DNA of 63,786 bases, the filler included, from Asterionella formosa (taxonomy: Eukaryota): assembly GCA_002256025.1 (NCBI GenBank). It is 6 parts of 6 records of this genome, joined end to end, with 100 filler letters (N's around TTAATTAATTAA, not from the genome) between each part and the next. Parts side by side here need not be neighbours in the genome. Positions count along the whole stretch, not along the records: positions 1 to 28,151 come from NKIB01001280.1; positions 28,252 to 56,405 come from NKIB01001284.1; 4 more parts are not named here. One strand, given 5' to 3'. Below, piece after piece: positions 22,863 to 34,668 of this stretch. The translations under genes were made by a program, and so were the position numbers. The notes under the pieces were generated by a model. That model ran no database searches. It saw only the letters and a list, made by a program, of their open reading frames with translations, and was not told where the DNA came from. The stretch's first letter is position 1. Each line of letters begins with the position of its first letter.

Positions 22863-23606
22863 CTATACTCCGTCGACCTTGGTTCGTTCATGGTCATCGT
22901 CGTCGTCGTCATTGCCGGGTAGCCCTAGGCCGTCGACATAGACTGGTTTCAGCAGTTGATGCAAGATGGGTCGCAAGACAAAGGCCGTGAGCCCCCAAAT
23001 TGTTCCAAACTCAGTCGGAAAGATAGGCGCTGGTGCCGATATCCGTCCAAGTTCTTCCGTCGATTCAGTGTCCAGGAGTTGCTGCACAGATATAACAAAG
23101 ACCTCCTCGACTTCCTGCTCGTTGACCAGAAATGTCTCTTGCACAGAGAGAAGTATGGGATCCGGCCGCACAGCAAGCACCGAAGTCACTGGCGTCCCTC
23201 TGATCGATGGAACTGCGGTGCACTGTCCAATGACAATGGTCGATGACCAATTCCCTCCGATTTCTTCTTCCGTTTCTCGAATTGCGGTGTCAATCGCCGA
23301 TTCTCCGCCGTCCTGATGTCCCCCCGGAAAGGAGATCTCACTCGTATGGTCTTTCAAGTGTCTGGATCGCTTGGTGAAAAGCACACCAGGCTTGTCCTCA
23401 TGCCAAACCAACGGAACTAGAATGGCTGCTCGCTTGTTATCCAAAGGCCGCGGGGTTAACTTGCTCTTGACGAGCATTCGTTCCTGTCGTGGACTTAGAA
23501 TGGGAAACAAGCCGTGGCTATTGGCTTTTTGCTGAAACAGAGTCTGGAGACGAGGCAGAGTCCCTCGGATCCATCGGGGTGTCGTTACTTTCAAGGAGAC
23601 TCCCAT
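22863..23606 (-). CDS. Nudix hydrolase, CoA pyrophosphatase (NUDT7/NUDT8-like)
   Basis: AAILVPL, LFTKRS..L..H..EISFPGG, Nudix box G...ESAIDTAIRETEEEIG, and IWGLTA. Confidence 0.9.
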   Translation of the reverse strand: MGVSLKVTTPRWIRGTLPRLQTLFQQKANSHGLFPILSPRQERMLVKSKLTPRPLDNKRAAILVPLVWHEDKPGVLFTKRSRHLKDHTSEISFPGGHQDGGESAIDTAIRETEEEIGGNWSSTIVIGQCTAVPSIRGTPVTSVLAVRPDPILLSVQETFLVNEQEVEEVFVISVQQLLDTESTEELGRISAPAPIFPTEFGTIWGLTAFVLRPILHQLLKPVYVDGLGLPGNDDDDDDHERTKVDGV

Positions 23607-24856
23607 TGTCGGTCGTGCTGATGGCTGATGGCTGATCGTTCAAATGTTGTTCTTGTGATGTCACGATGCATTGCTGATTCCAGGAGGAGAGTCGTCGCTG
23701 CGACTTGGTACATAGGAAAGGAGTAGAAACTATGTACTGTATACCGGTAAACGGTGTGTATTTTAGTTCGCGTGCAATATACGGTAGACGTACACCAAGG
23801 CACATCGTAAGAAATATGGTACCAGGTGACCCACCACACAGATGCACCATAATGTTGTGTGTCAAACGATCAGTAGTAGATGCGACTAGAAGGGCAATTG
23901 ATTTTGGTGCTAAAAGAATTCTAGGTTCTTCTCATTCTTTGAAGCTAAATTAATATTATTTTTTGTCGCCGTGATCGAGAGAAAGGAAATGAGATGTTGA
24001 TCAGAAATTGATTTCCTTCATTTCCCTTTCAATCCTGGTCACATGAAAAACTTAAGCTATTGTATATATGGCAAGCCAAGCTTAATTCTGAAATGTGACC
24101 ACCAGGATTGACTGAGAGAGAAAGAGTTGAAAATCAAAAAGTAACCACAATAAAAAATTTCGTAACTTTTAGATCTAGTATGTTTTGACATAGAAACCAC
24201 ATGTAGATGTAGTTTCATCATGATGAAGCAGCTACACATGCATGTACACAAAAAAGGATGTCACAATGATGAGCTTGATTCAAGCAGCAATTGGGTTGTT
24301 TCTCTCCACTTTTCCACAATAGTACTGTTGACCTCAAAGTACAGAAACTTCATTCCATCATGAGTGCTTGTACTATTTTACACAAATAAATAGAAGAGTT
24401 GTCTGTAATTGCATGCAGCTACTAGAAACAACAATCAACATGTTCAAAGAACTCACCACTTCATCCAACAAGAACCAACAATTACCGCAATGGACATGTC
24501 AACCATCAAAGCATCAAATGCTATCATAAAACAAGCGTGACAACAGCAATGAAAGACATGTATGAAATCAAGAACAAAACGACTGTTTTCATTACACACA
24601 AGCGCCCGCAACAAACAGCGAACAACAATCAAAAAATGTTGTGCTGCTGGTGGGATTATTCAACTCGCAAAGGTAGCTAGACACAAAGTTGAATCTTAGC
24701 ATTGGTTTTACCAAAGCTGTTGACTTGTCTACATTCCTTCTTGATTGTAGGAGTCGACATTTGATGTAGCCGTAAGGTTGATTTGAGATATTGATTCCTA
24801 AAAACACTTCTAATCATTTATGTCCATAGCTTTAGGGGTGGTCAGGTACATACGGT

Positions 24857-24972
24857 ATGTGCCCTACAGTTGTCAGGATTCAACAAGTAAAAAATTTATA
24901 ATGCCCTACGGTTGTCAGGATTCAACAAGTAAAAAATTTATAATGCCCTACTGTTGTCAGGATTCAACAAGT
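24857..24972 (+). repeat. Tandem repeat, 42-bp unit, about 2.7 copies
   Basis: atgccctac(a/g/t)gttgtcaggattcaacaagtaaaaaatttata repeated head to tail. Confidence 0.9.
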
Positions 24973-26415
24973 AGGTTCTGGGTAATTATAAGCTTAATGA
25001 TTAGTGTAGCTATATTAGTAGCTCCTAGTCCAAGGGGACTCACAAGGGTCTTGATGAGAAGGGCATGTACTACTAGGTGACAAGAGTCCATGCTAGGTGT
25101 TATGTTTTAGCCTAGCATTGGTACATCTATTCTAGAGATACATCTGTACCAATAGTTATCATGTAACATATAGCTGTGGGTACATAATGCAATATGTACT
25201 ACGAGCTACATAGTAGTAACCGTGTGTATAGCATCACATACTAATCATGATCACTCTCGTGTACATGTATATGGACTACGTATGGGTTCTATGGTAGTCG
25301 TGTGCGTAATGTAAAAGGGTACACCTTTCACTTATGGTTGATGTGGTATACATACACAGTGTGTATTGTGCAAATCTCTACAGTGAGACTAGTAAACAAG
25401 TACCGTATATGGTCTGTACAGAAGATCCTATAAGGTTAACGTTTTATAGGACTTATACCATCTATTTCATAATGATATAAGATCTAGCGTGGTACATACT
25501 GTACCATAGGTCAGTATGTTGCCATGTAGCAGCTAGGAGAAAGCAATTGGATGTAGGTGATAAGATAAACTCTTTGACTTTGGCCGAGTACAGGGCCCTC
25601 CTATGGTGCTGAAAAGCATCCTTAGAGTGGTGAGTACATAACCCCTCCAGGTTACTGCTCATTGGGTAGACCATGGGGATAGCAAAACTATGATAATCAC
25701 ATTTCCAAATTCATTAAGACATACATCACCAGCAAGTACCAGGTACCTGTAATGATGTTGTGGTACCTGGTACAAGCTGATTTATAAACGCACCAGTCCC
25801 GGTGCATCTTGTTTACAGGACCTACTGCCTGCCGCTATCGACTGTTCTTTTTCAATTTTTACAAGACAATGATTCTCTCCTCGATGCATGATCATTTACT
25901 GGTTTTTTCACTCTAAGTGCCAGGTACCGTGCCAGTAGTACCCTGGTACCAGGTACCTGGTACGGTAGCAACGTACATTATGACACATACTACGGTACAT
26001 GCCCTACAGGTCGTAGATAGCTACCGGTACTGATTAGTACACCAACTGGGTACCGGTTGATGAAACGACAACGTATGATACCTTATGTAAGAGTGACGTT
26101 GGTTTCGAAGTCGATCACGTAATTCTGACAGTGCCCTGACAGAAACCTGACGTCGACACCCAATGGGGATAAAAGCTGGGACTGTCATTGAGGTACAGCA
26201 AGTCAACACAAATGCACTAAGTTAGTGGATTTTGGGTTGGCAAAACTGTACTGAAGAGCTGAGATGTTCCATCCCAGTGATCTTTTAATTTCCTGTTGTA
26301 TTACGTCATCGCTCTCTTTCAGGAATTGTCGGTTGCAACATAAATATAGGTTTCCCCACTTATCCTCATAATCTATATCTTCAACAGAATATATCTTAAG
26401 AATCAAAATACGATC

Positions 26416-26982
26416 ATGAAAACTTCCATTGCCCTTGCTTTTCTCCTCTCTACGGCCACGTCTGCCTTGCAGGTTGGTAGTTATCTGAATGGTCTGCCTG
26501 GTAAGACCTTTACCGTTCCAATTTTCACTGCTCCTGCTCCGACTCCCGTCGCTACTTCTGGTGGTGGATCTGGCTTTGGTGCAGGCTATCTCAGTTCCTT
26601 GCCAGGCAAGACGTTTACCACTCCTGTTGTAGCAGCGACTCCTGCTCCTTCAAGTGGTGCCGGTTTTGGTGCCAGCTATCTTAGTTCGTTGCCTGGAAAG
26701 GTCCATTCCACTCCTGACATCGCTGTCAAGCCAGCACCAGCAGTTGTTGCTGTTTCTGGCTTTGGTTCTTCTTACCTCAGCTCCTTGCCAGGCAAGACAT
26801 TCACTTCCCCTGTCATCACGGTAACACCAACTCCTTCTGCTGCAGCCCCTGTCGCTTCCGGGTCTGCCTTCGGTGCAAGCTACCTCAGTTCATTACCAGG
26901 AAAGACCCATACTACTCCTGTGTTCGCCAAGGCCCCTGCTCCTTCTCGTGGGGCATTCGGTGGATACCTCAGTGGACTTTAA
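26416..26982 (+). CDS. Signal-peptide low-complexity protein with repeated GFGASYLSSLPGKTFTTPV motifs
   Basis: MKTSIALAFLLSTATSA|LQV signal; five YLxxLPGK units plus a terminal GYLSGL, separated by Pro/Ala/Thr spacers. Confidence 0.85.
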   Translation: MKTSIALAFLLSTATSALQVGSYLNGLPGKTFTVPIFTAPAPTPVATSGGGSGFGAGYLSSLPGKTFTTPVVAATPAPSSGAGFGASYLSSLPGKVHSTPDIAVKPAPAVVAVSGFGSSYLSSLPGKTFTSPVITVTPTPSAAAPVASGSAFGASYLSSLPGKTHTTPVFAKAPAPSRGAFGGYLSGL

Positions 26983-27634
26983 AATTTGTCGAATTCGGAT
27001 TGAATCATCTAGCTGTACCCATATTAACACTTGAATAAAATTTATTTTTTGACATGAAGAGTGTAAACATATTCCATTATTGATTTACTCGATCCAAACT
27101 ATTAAAGCCAAATGCGATGTTATTAGGCACTATGAACGTTCGGGAGTCACAAGGAATATCTTTGCGTTAATGAATGACAATAGACGAAAGTGAAACGAGT
27201 TTTTATTTATTGGCGCAAATCTTTGAAGAGATCAGTTGATTTCTCCATGGACCGTGATGATGCAAAGGAGCAACCTACAGAGGCCTCGGGATCGTCAGTT
27301 AAATTCCGAACCTGATGAGCAGTGTTTGTTCTTATGACAGCTGTATTATTCTAAAATGACGATGACGACAGTTCATGGAACGCGTCCATTGACAATGCAG
27401 GTTGTGATTTCGCCTGCACCGATTTTTTCTCCGAAAAATTGCACCCACCGTGTAGATAAATTGGAAAACGTTCCAATTGTGATCATTGTTGCCATATAAA
27501 ATAGTATGACATGCATTTTTTGGTTTCCACGAGCGCACCAGCTATGGCATTCACGATTCCAAGCGAGAGAAAGGGTACTCCTGGTACCAGGTAGCAGGTA
27601 CCAGGTGAAGTATCTAACTAGAAGTAGTAGTATT

Positions 27635-28151
27635 TGTTGAATATATGAGCTTATTTGTTAATCCTTGTGTGTAACTCGTTCCTATATACATCTGTATTGA
27701 TGCGCAAGATCGCTCACTCTCCCACACCAAGGGAAAACCTTTTACCTTTGAAAAGGTTTGATGTAATGGATATTAATTCAGTCCGTAGTATGCATAGTTT
27801 GTTGAAAAGTAACTGGACCATTGGCAAGTGAATAAATAGAATAAGGACCTCGTCCATGGTTATCCAAGGTAGTAGGATTATCCGATAGGATTAAAACCTC
27901 ATCAACAACCTTGTAATCGCAAGAACGACGACGGAAAGTATCACGACGTAGTCATTTGTCAATTATCACTTATCGACATTGATATCCCAATATCAATTAC
28001 ATATCTATAATCAAATCATGTTGTAAAACCCATGTTCCTGGTGAAAATACACAATGTACTATAAATAGTAGCTCGAGCTGCATATGATGCAGCAAACTGG
28101 TATCCACAATATTCTGAACTTGAAATTCCTTGATTGGAGGATGAGCCTTTA
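27635..28151 (+). mobile_element. Probable Copia 5' LTR (27635-27907) plus leader, truncated by contig end
   Basis: 273-bp segment bounded by TGTTGA...TCAACA inverted ends, followed by a leader ACCTTGTAATCGCAAGAACGACG. No partner LTR visible. Confidence 0.5.
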
Positions 28152-28251
28152 NNNNNNNNNNNNNNNNNNNNNNNNNNNNNNNNNNNNNNNNNNNNTTAAT
28201 TAATTAANNNNNNNNNNNNNNNNNNNNNNNNNNNNNNNNNNNNNNNNNNNN
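28152..28251. other. Artificial contig linker
   Basis: 44 N + TTAATTAATTAA (stops in six frames) + 44 N. Confidence 0.98.
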
Positions 28252-28432
28252 ATCTTGCTGCTGTTTGGTGCATGGCGGACAGGCTAGCGTGCTATTGCAG
28301 ACAATGCCTAATGATTATGAGACATATAATTGAAACTAGACTAATCTGTTATTGATTTGCGTCTTATTTTAGTTATTGTCAAAATGCATTTATTCGTCTG
28401 AATATTTGCTGGTTTCCTTCACCTACCAAACA

Positions 28433-28850
28433 ACCCTGATCATTCCATTCTGAGCGAGCGTGATCGCCAAGCTGCTCCAGCACTATCGACACACTCTAGC
28501 TGAGTATTTATGTAGCTTGTAATACAAACTTCTAGAAGAAATGTAGCAAAGCGCGTTAGTACAAGAAAAGCATTGCTTGGCGGCAATATTGACATCATGG
28601 TAAATGACGCACTATACTACACATCAACAAATACAATCAACAACAATACGTCGTCAAAGAGTAGTCAACAATAAATACACTGGTTCTTATGTAGATAGAT
28701 ACAATCAAATCAAAACAACAGTGCGGAACGAAAAACAATGACAGAAGCGATCAAAACAAACCATGGAAGCAACAAAATCGGAAATTTGACAATTAGTAGT
28801 ATCTACTATCACATTTAGTGTTTCACTGTTGCACTCACCAATCCGCTCTA
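28433..28850 (+). repeat. Dispersed repeat family A, copy 1
   Basis: Reverse complement of 30620-31030 and 42745-43105 (e.g. accctgatcattccattctgagc; agaaaagcattgcttggcggcaatattgacatcat). Confidence 0.85.
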
Positions 28851-28902
28851 ACAAGCGTAACACACATCAAACTAGGGCTCGTAAGAAAGTCAAAAGTTCC
28901 TG

Positions 28903-29070
28903 AAGGCAATACACGCCCGAGCTGGTCTCTTGCCTGCGAGTACACATGTATACGAGAAGGCAAGTAGCCGCCGAGAAGGGTGTTGTTGAGGCAATTACCG
29001 CTCTAGCTATCGTCGTGTCATTCGCTTACCTACTGCCCACAAATTTAGCATAAATGTCAATTTTAGCCTA
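28903..29070 (+). repeat. Dispersed repeat family B, copy 1
   Basis: gcaatacacgcccgag..cctgcgagta..gagaagggt.ttgttgaggcaatt also occurs inverted at 31590-31757 and direct at 40435-40700. Confidence 0.8.
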
Positions 29071-29489
29071 CTATTGCCAATAGTAGGCTAAACAACGGAT
29101 TCAATTCCTTATTGTCAGCTACTCATCCTTTCCATCTTTTTCTATATTGTACTTGCTAGACTTATCGCTGTAGACTATTTGTAGCTGCTCCGAAACGGAG
29201 AAGGCCATTGTGGCACATCTCAATTTCGATTCACTACGGAGACATGCAATGCTAAACGATGCTCAACAAGTACCAACGGTGCTTTATTTCTAATCTGGCA
29301 GGCTATTGTAATCTCTACAATCAACAATGACTAAACAATGTGTCTACAACATCAACTACTACTACTACGTGTGCTGAATTCTACAGTGTGAATCTTCCTC
29401 TTGCATGTGTATTCTTTGCCAGTTCAGATCAAATAAATATGTCGGAGCGGAAAAAATAATAAGTGTATCGGAATTGGCGACTCTTTCGT

Positions 29490-29777
29490 TCATTATATGG
29501 TGAAAGCAGCATAATATTGCGGCGGAGCAGCATAATTTCGCTTTTATACTGCTGCGATGGCTAGTTAGTCAACATATATTGTCACGAACACACATAATTA
29601 TTGGTGTGATCACATAATTATTCGATAAGTGAAATAAATTTTTGTTTAACCCGAATAAATTAGGGAAAAAGTAGCATAATATTTCAAAAAAGTAACATAA
29701 TATTTTAGAAAAGTAGCATAAATACGTCACTTTAGACATAAATTCGAAAAAGTGCCGTAAACGGCGTCTTAGATGTG
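29490..29777 (+). repeat. Dispersed repeat family C, copy 1
   Basis: Inverted homologue at 38924-39210; ends aaaagtgccgtaaacggcgtcttagatgt and contains multiple agcataat sub-repeats. Confidence 0.85.
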
Positions 29778-30619
29778 CCCATCATATAAAATATATTTTT
29801 TATATTTCCTATCTTCACCTCGAAAATTGCCAAAGGTCCGATGTTGCCCATCATTAACATACATTTTGCTTATTTCCTATCTTCGCATTTTGGCAAGACA
29901 ACAGACGCCAATTGCCCCTCGGTTTTCCAGCCCTGGGATTACCGAAGTCGGCAAGGGGTCTACTTAAGGAAACCATTTTATATACTCGACAGATTTTGAT
30001 AATTTATATCTAGAATTCACCTCGTTTTTGTTTTGTCTCCTGAAAAGTGGACTCCGGCAATTCACCTTTCACCATGCCAATCGTCATCCATCATGACTGG
30101 TTTGAAGCGAAATCAGTTCCGCAATGACGCCAGTAGCGATTCTTTGCCTAACGGATGCGGTTGGTTGTTGAATTGCTTGTCTTCTCGAGGCATTCATGTA
30201 GTCGCATCGTCCATATTCCGTCGGACGAACAATGATATCGATACATCTGATGTTGGTGGCAAGTTTTTGCTCCGGTCATGTATGTAATGATGCTTAACGG
30301 ATATTCTACCAGTACCGGCCGGCACTCATCTAGTCTACATACGTCTGTGGTACTAAAAACAACCATGCATGGTTTAAACTATGCTTTAACGCTTACTTTG
30401 AACACGTTATAATATTATCTCTGTAGACTCGGTATTATTTTTACGAGACCTGAAATGTTGAATTATATTGTTCACATATTCATTGATTTTACGTACCGTA
30501 TGCCCAATTTCGTCCTCACAAATATAGTTCTCACTCTATCTTGCCTGCCTTTGCTCTATTCGGGCTTGCAATAGGCAACGTTTGTCTTTCTTTGATCCCA
30601 TCGTCTGCTGCTTGTTATG

Positions 30620-31550
30620 CTAGTTGAAGCGGATCGGTGAGTACAACAGTGAAACACTGAATGTGGATTGTAGATTGTATTTATCGACTTTCCGATTTGA
30701 TTGCTTCCGTGGTTAGTTTTGATCGCTTCCATCGTTGTTTGTCGTTACGCACTGTCGTTTTGTTTCGATTGTACATATCTACATAAGAACCAATGCATTT
30801 ATCAATGACTACTCAATGAAGATGTGGTATTGTGCCGTTGTTGATCGCATTTGTTGATTTGTATAGTCATTGACAATGATGTCAATATTGCTGCCAAGCA
30901 ATGCTTTTCTTGTACTAACGCGCTTTGCAACATTTCTACTGCGAGTTCGTATCAGAAGCTACATGAATACTCAGCTAGAGAGAGTCAATAGTTCTGGAGC
31001 AGCATGGCAATCATGCTTGCTCAGAATGGAATGATCAGGGTTGCCTGTTTGGTGGGCGGAGAGGAATGACTGTGGCGGAAATACTGCTACTGGTGTCAGG
31101 CTACTACAGCGATGCGCATGGTTGCAGAAACCAGACCATTTACGCTACATAACGATGTAGGTCAAGATTGGGTTCAGCTTTTCCCTTCTTATTTCGGTCT
31201 TCGATTGTGTGGTGATGGAAAGTGAATGTTGCCTGGTGTATAAGTACTACAATGATTCACAATGCATACGTCTCCATTGGAACTCTTATTTTTTATTTCA
31301 TTTCTAACCCAAAACAATTTTTTCTATTTCTCATTTGATGCTACTTATTACATCGCATTTCATACTTTGGTTGCTCCAAACATCATGTTCAATTTTCATT
31401 GATGTTGCATGTTACAATCATTCTCGTGTGTTTTACGCTTGTTGTACCATCTCTATGCATATTACCGTTATTCTGGTTGTCATGCTAAAATCGGCTTTTT
31501 TATTGCCGAAAAATTCGATGTGCCCCATATTGCCCTTAAATAAAAATTAC
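30620..31550 (-). repeat. Dispersed repeat family A, long copy 2
   Basis: Collinear with 42745-43608 over about 860 bp; this explains the near-identical spurious ORFs at 31335 and 43389. Confidence 0.9.
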
Positions 31551-31589
31551 TTAAGAAATTACTTAGAGACTAAAAATTACTTAGAAGTA

Positions 31590-31757
31590 CCCGAATGGCA
31601 AGACGATAAGCTGGAGCGGGAATTGCCTCAACAATACCCTTCTCGGCGTTTACTTGCCTGCCGGCGCTGCGAGAAGGTCACCCTACGAGTGCCATCCCAG
31701 CCGAGTGCACATGTATACTCGCAGGCAAGAGACCACCTCGGGCGTGTATTGCCTTCA
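31590..31757 (-). repeat. Dispersed repeat family B, copy 2
   Basis: Reverse complement of 28903-29030. Confidence 0.75.
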
Positions 31758-31972
31758 GTAGATACCAGGTATTTGTACCAGTGAATGACGAGAGGTAAAG
31801 AGGCACATTGTCCTTATTGTCTGCACAATCGCTCAGCCCTGTCTGCGCATCGGCAAGTTGAGGAGAAAGATACGCAGAATGCAATAGGCGCTTTGTTGGA
31901 ATCCTTAGAGTGCACACGTTGTCGTTTCTGGTTTCTCCTTAGACCCATTCAAGTTGTAGTTTTGATATCAAG

Positions 31973-32935
31973 ATGAAGGTCGCCGCTACTCTCCTTGCTC
32001 TTGCCGGCTCCGCCGCCGCTTTCGCCCCAGCTGCCAACACCAAGGTGCGGAAAGTCGTGTTCTCCCTAGATTGGGCGAGAAAGTTCTGCTCCTTTTGTTG
32101 TTCATTTCGGCTTGCTTTCTAGTTTCATTGATCCGAACATTGCAACGCAAATTTCAATTTGTTCGCCAGATGGAGACGTCTGAAATGAGTGAAGTCATCT
32201 TGTTGGAACATGTTATCAGTTCTTGCTTGGAAATCCTTGTTTGTGATCATTTTGCAGTTTGACGGGGTTCAATGTTATGTCCGGTATCAGCTGTATTCAA
32301 TGAACAGAAACGATTGGTTGTGAAAGTATTGGTTTTGACTGGATTGAAAATTTCTAATTTACTGCTTTTGCTTGTCTACCTCTGTACAGGCTAGCTCCGC
32401 TCTTCGTATGGGCCTTGACAGCATGCCTGGAAACACCGCTCCATTGAAGACCTTCGATCCTTTATCCCTCTCCACTGTTGGATCCGACGAGACCCTCCTC
32501 TGGTTCCGCGCATCTGAGCTCAAGCACTCCCGAGTTGCTATGCTTGCCACCACTGGATACCTCGTCCAGGCTGCTGGATTTCACTTCCCTGGGCAACTCT
32601 CGTCTGACATCTCATTCGAGAGCCTCTCCGCCATGAAGCCATTCGATGCCTGGGAAGCCGTCCCTGACGCCGGTAAGGCCCAAATTTTGGGAACCATCTT
32701 CATTGCCGAGCTTGTCACCGAGTCCAAGGATGTTCATTACACCAAGGGAGGTCCACTTCCAACCATTGTCTTCCCTCCTATTGATTTCTCTGGCGTTTCT
32801 CCTACCACCCTTGCCACCAAGCAGAATCGTGAACTTAACAATGGTCGTCTTGCCATGATTGCCATCATGTCGTTCATTGCCGAAAACAACATCCCAGGAT
32901 CCGTTCCTGCCCTTGCCGGCCTCGACGCCTTCTAG
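31973..32935 (+). CDS. fcp: Fucoxanthin-chlorophyll a/c binding (LHC) protein; exons 31973-32044 and 32390-32935
   Basis: MKVAATLLALAGSAAA|FAP plastid signal; phase-0 345-bp intron; motifs FDPL, RASELKHSRVAMLA and ELNNGRLAMIA. Confidence 0.95.
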
Positions 32936-33538
32936 ATTGGTCTTATACTCTTTGCTGCTAGTATAACAAGGAGGCTTCGCTTTGAAATTGTAACTTTCAT
33001 TAGAAATAACAGGGCGTAGAAAGCCACGAACTGCCTCCACTCAAAATCAGTATCTCACCTTCTTCCTAGCTACGCAGAATCAGATTGTGTGGAAAGCATC
33101 AAGGACATGAACCTGGTAAAACTGTTGTTCTGGGTTAATCATCACCACGCATCACCCATAGTGCTAGAGTCGTTCGTTTCTTCCATGACGTTCATGGGCT
33201 ACCACAGTTCGATCTATGTCAAACCATGCATAAACCAGACGTGAGCAACCAAAGCAAGGTGTGATTTACTCCCCGAACTGTGATGTTTTCAGTGTTTGGT
33301 AGAGCAGAGATCTGATTGATGCATTAGGGCCCCTAGTATTTTACATGCAACCCAGGCTTGCTTGCTGACTAAATTTTCTAAATGCCTCATCTCAGAAACA
33401 TGTGTGTAGTTCGGAAGATCAATGGCGGAGATGGTGCGGAAATGAGTCCCTCATGGCGGCAAGGAATATCTAAAAGTATTAAGTCAAATAATTGTAAATG
33501 AAACGAGTACTATAATTTTCTTCCCTTGTTCAATCCAT

Positions 33539-34116
33539 TTAGTAGTCTAATTGAGGATGACGCAAAATGATGTGAGATTATCCACTGCGGACGTACACTC
33601 AAAACAGAATTAAAATAAAAAGCATCACAGTACTCACCTCCGCCTCCACCACCCTCCTCGTCACCGCCGAACATGTCCATACCACCACCAAGGTCCATCT
33701 CCACTTCTTCTTCCTTTTCTTCTTCCTTCGCTGGAGCGGCCTCCTCAACTGCAGCGGCTCCGGCACCGCCACCACCACCACCTCCGCCACCTAAGAGATC
33801 GCCAGGAGCAGCAATCAGCTTTCCGAGCTTTTCAGGGTTTGAGAGAAAGTTGGCGAAAATAATGGGGTAGAATGCCTCAACCTCAGTATTTCCTGTGGCT
33901 TCCAGAAGGGTGTTAATCTGTTCCGAACTGATTTCTGCCTAGAACAACCAAAACAGATAGGTCAGCAACAGCAGACGAATAGCAGCGGCCCATCACTGTC
34001 AAGACGATGCAGCAGAAAAAAGAACCATTTGAAAGACTTACTCCGCCATCATAAAGAGCTAGGATCGAAAATGCTGTGGCATATTCGTCCTTCTGTGCTT
34101 TCGTGAGGTTATTCAT
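33539..34116 (-). CDS. RPP1: 60S acidic ribosomal protein P1; exons 34116-34042, 33938-33638, 33546-33539
   Basis: AFSILALYDGG|AEISSEQINTLLEATGN.EVEAFYP..FA, Gly/Ala hinge, acidic EEEKEEE and MDMFG...GGGDY*; canonical GT-AG introns. Confidence 0.9.
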
Positions 34117-34668
34117 GGTTGTAATTGGTGACAAACGCAGGCAATTTAAGTCGAAGAGCGACGGCTTGAGTTTAGTGTGCGAAAGCGACGATGGTGATGC
34201 TCATGGGCTGGGATTGACCAAGGTCTTTCCGTCGCTACACATTTGTCCTGAAAACTACGTACGTACCTACGTAGCTTCAACCCATACTCTGGCCACTTAC
34301 TTGTTACTATCCTCACAATGACCCGGTTGTATTAAAAAAGCCAGAATAACGCATTGACGCGGTCCTTTTGCTTGGTCTGAGTCATGCGCAAAGTGTCTCC
34401 TATCATTTGTTCCTTAACATAGGAAGCACCTAGTATTGCATTTCGGCCTATGACGATGAGGGATTCGTGTTCGTCACTAAAAGGCCTACAAAGCTCTGCG
34501 ACTGTAGTGAATGAATCCTTGGAATGAACAAAAAATTACCGGTATTATCATAAATCAGTGTTCCAATTTCGTTTTCTGCTAGGCTGAATATGCCGTCTGG
34601 CTGAAGTCAAGACAGAAGAGTGGTTTTAGTAGATTGCATAAGCTAGAATTGTATGGTATTCCTTTCCT

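Noticed and set aside
24857..24972. CRISPR-like repeat array
   Set aside because: The intervening sequences are identical (a simple tandem), there are no cas genes, and the context is eukaryotic.
28196..28207. TTAATTAATTAA as a biological motif
   Set aside because: It is identical within every N-run, so it is an artificial six-frame stop linker.
31335..31784. ORFs 31335-31784 and 43389-43679 as paralogous genes
   Set aside because: They are chance frames within non-coding repeat family A and diverge where the repeat ends.
32045..32389. snoRNA in the long FCP intron
   Set aside because: No convincing C/D or H/ACA box pair with a terminal stem was seen.
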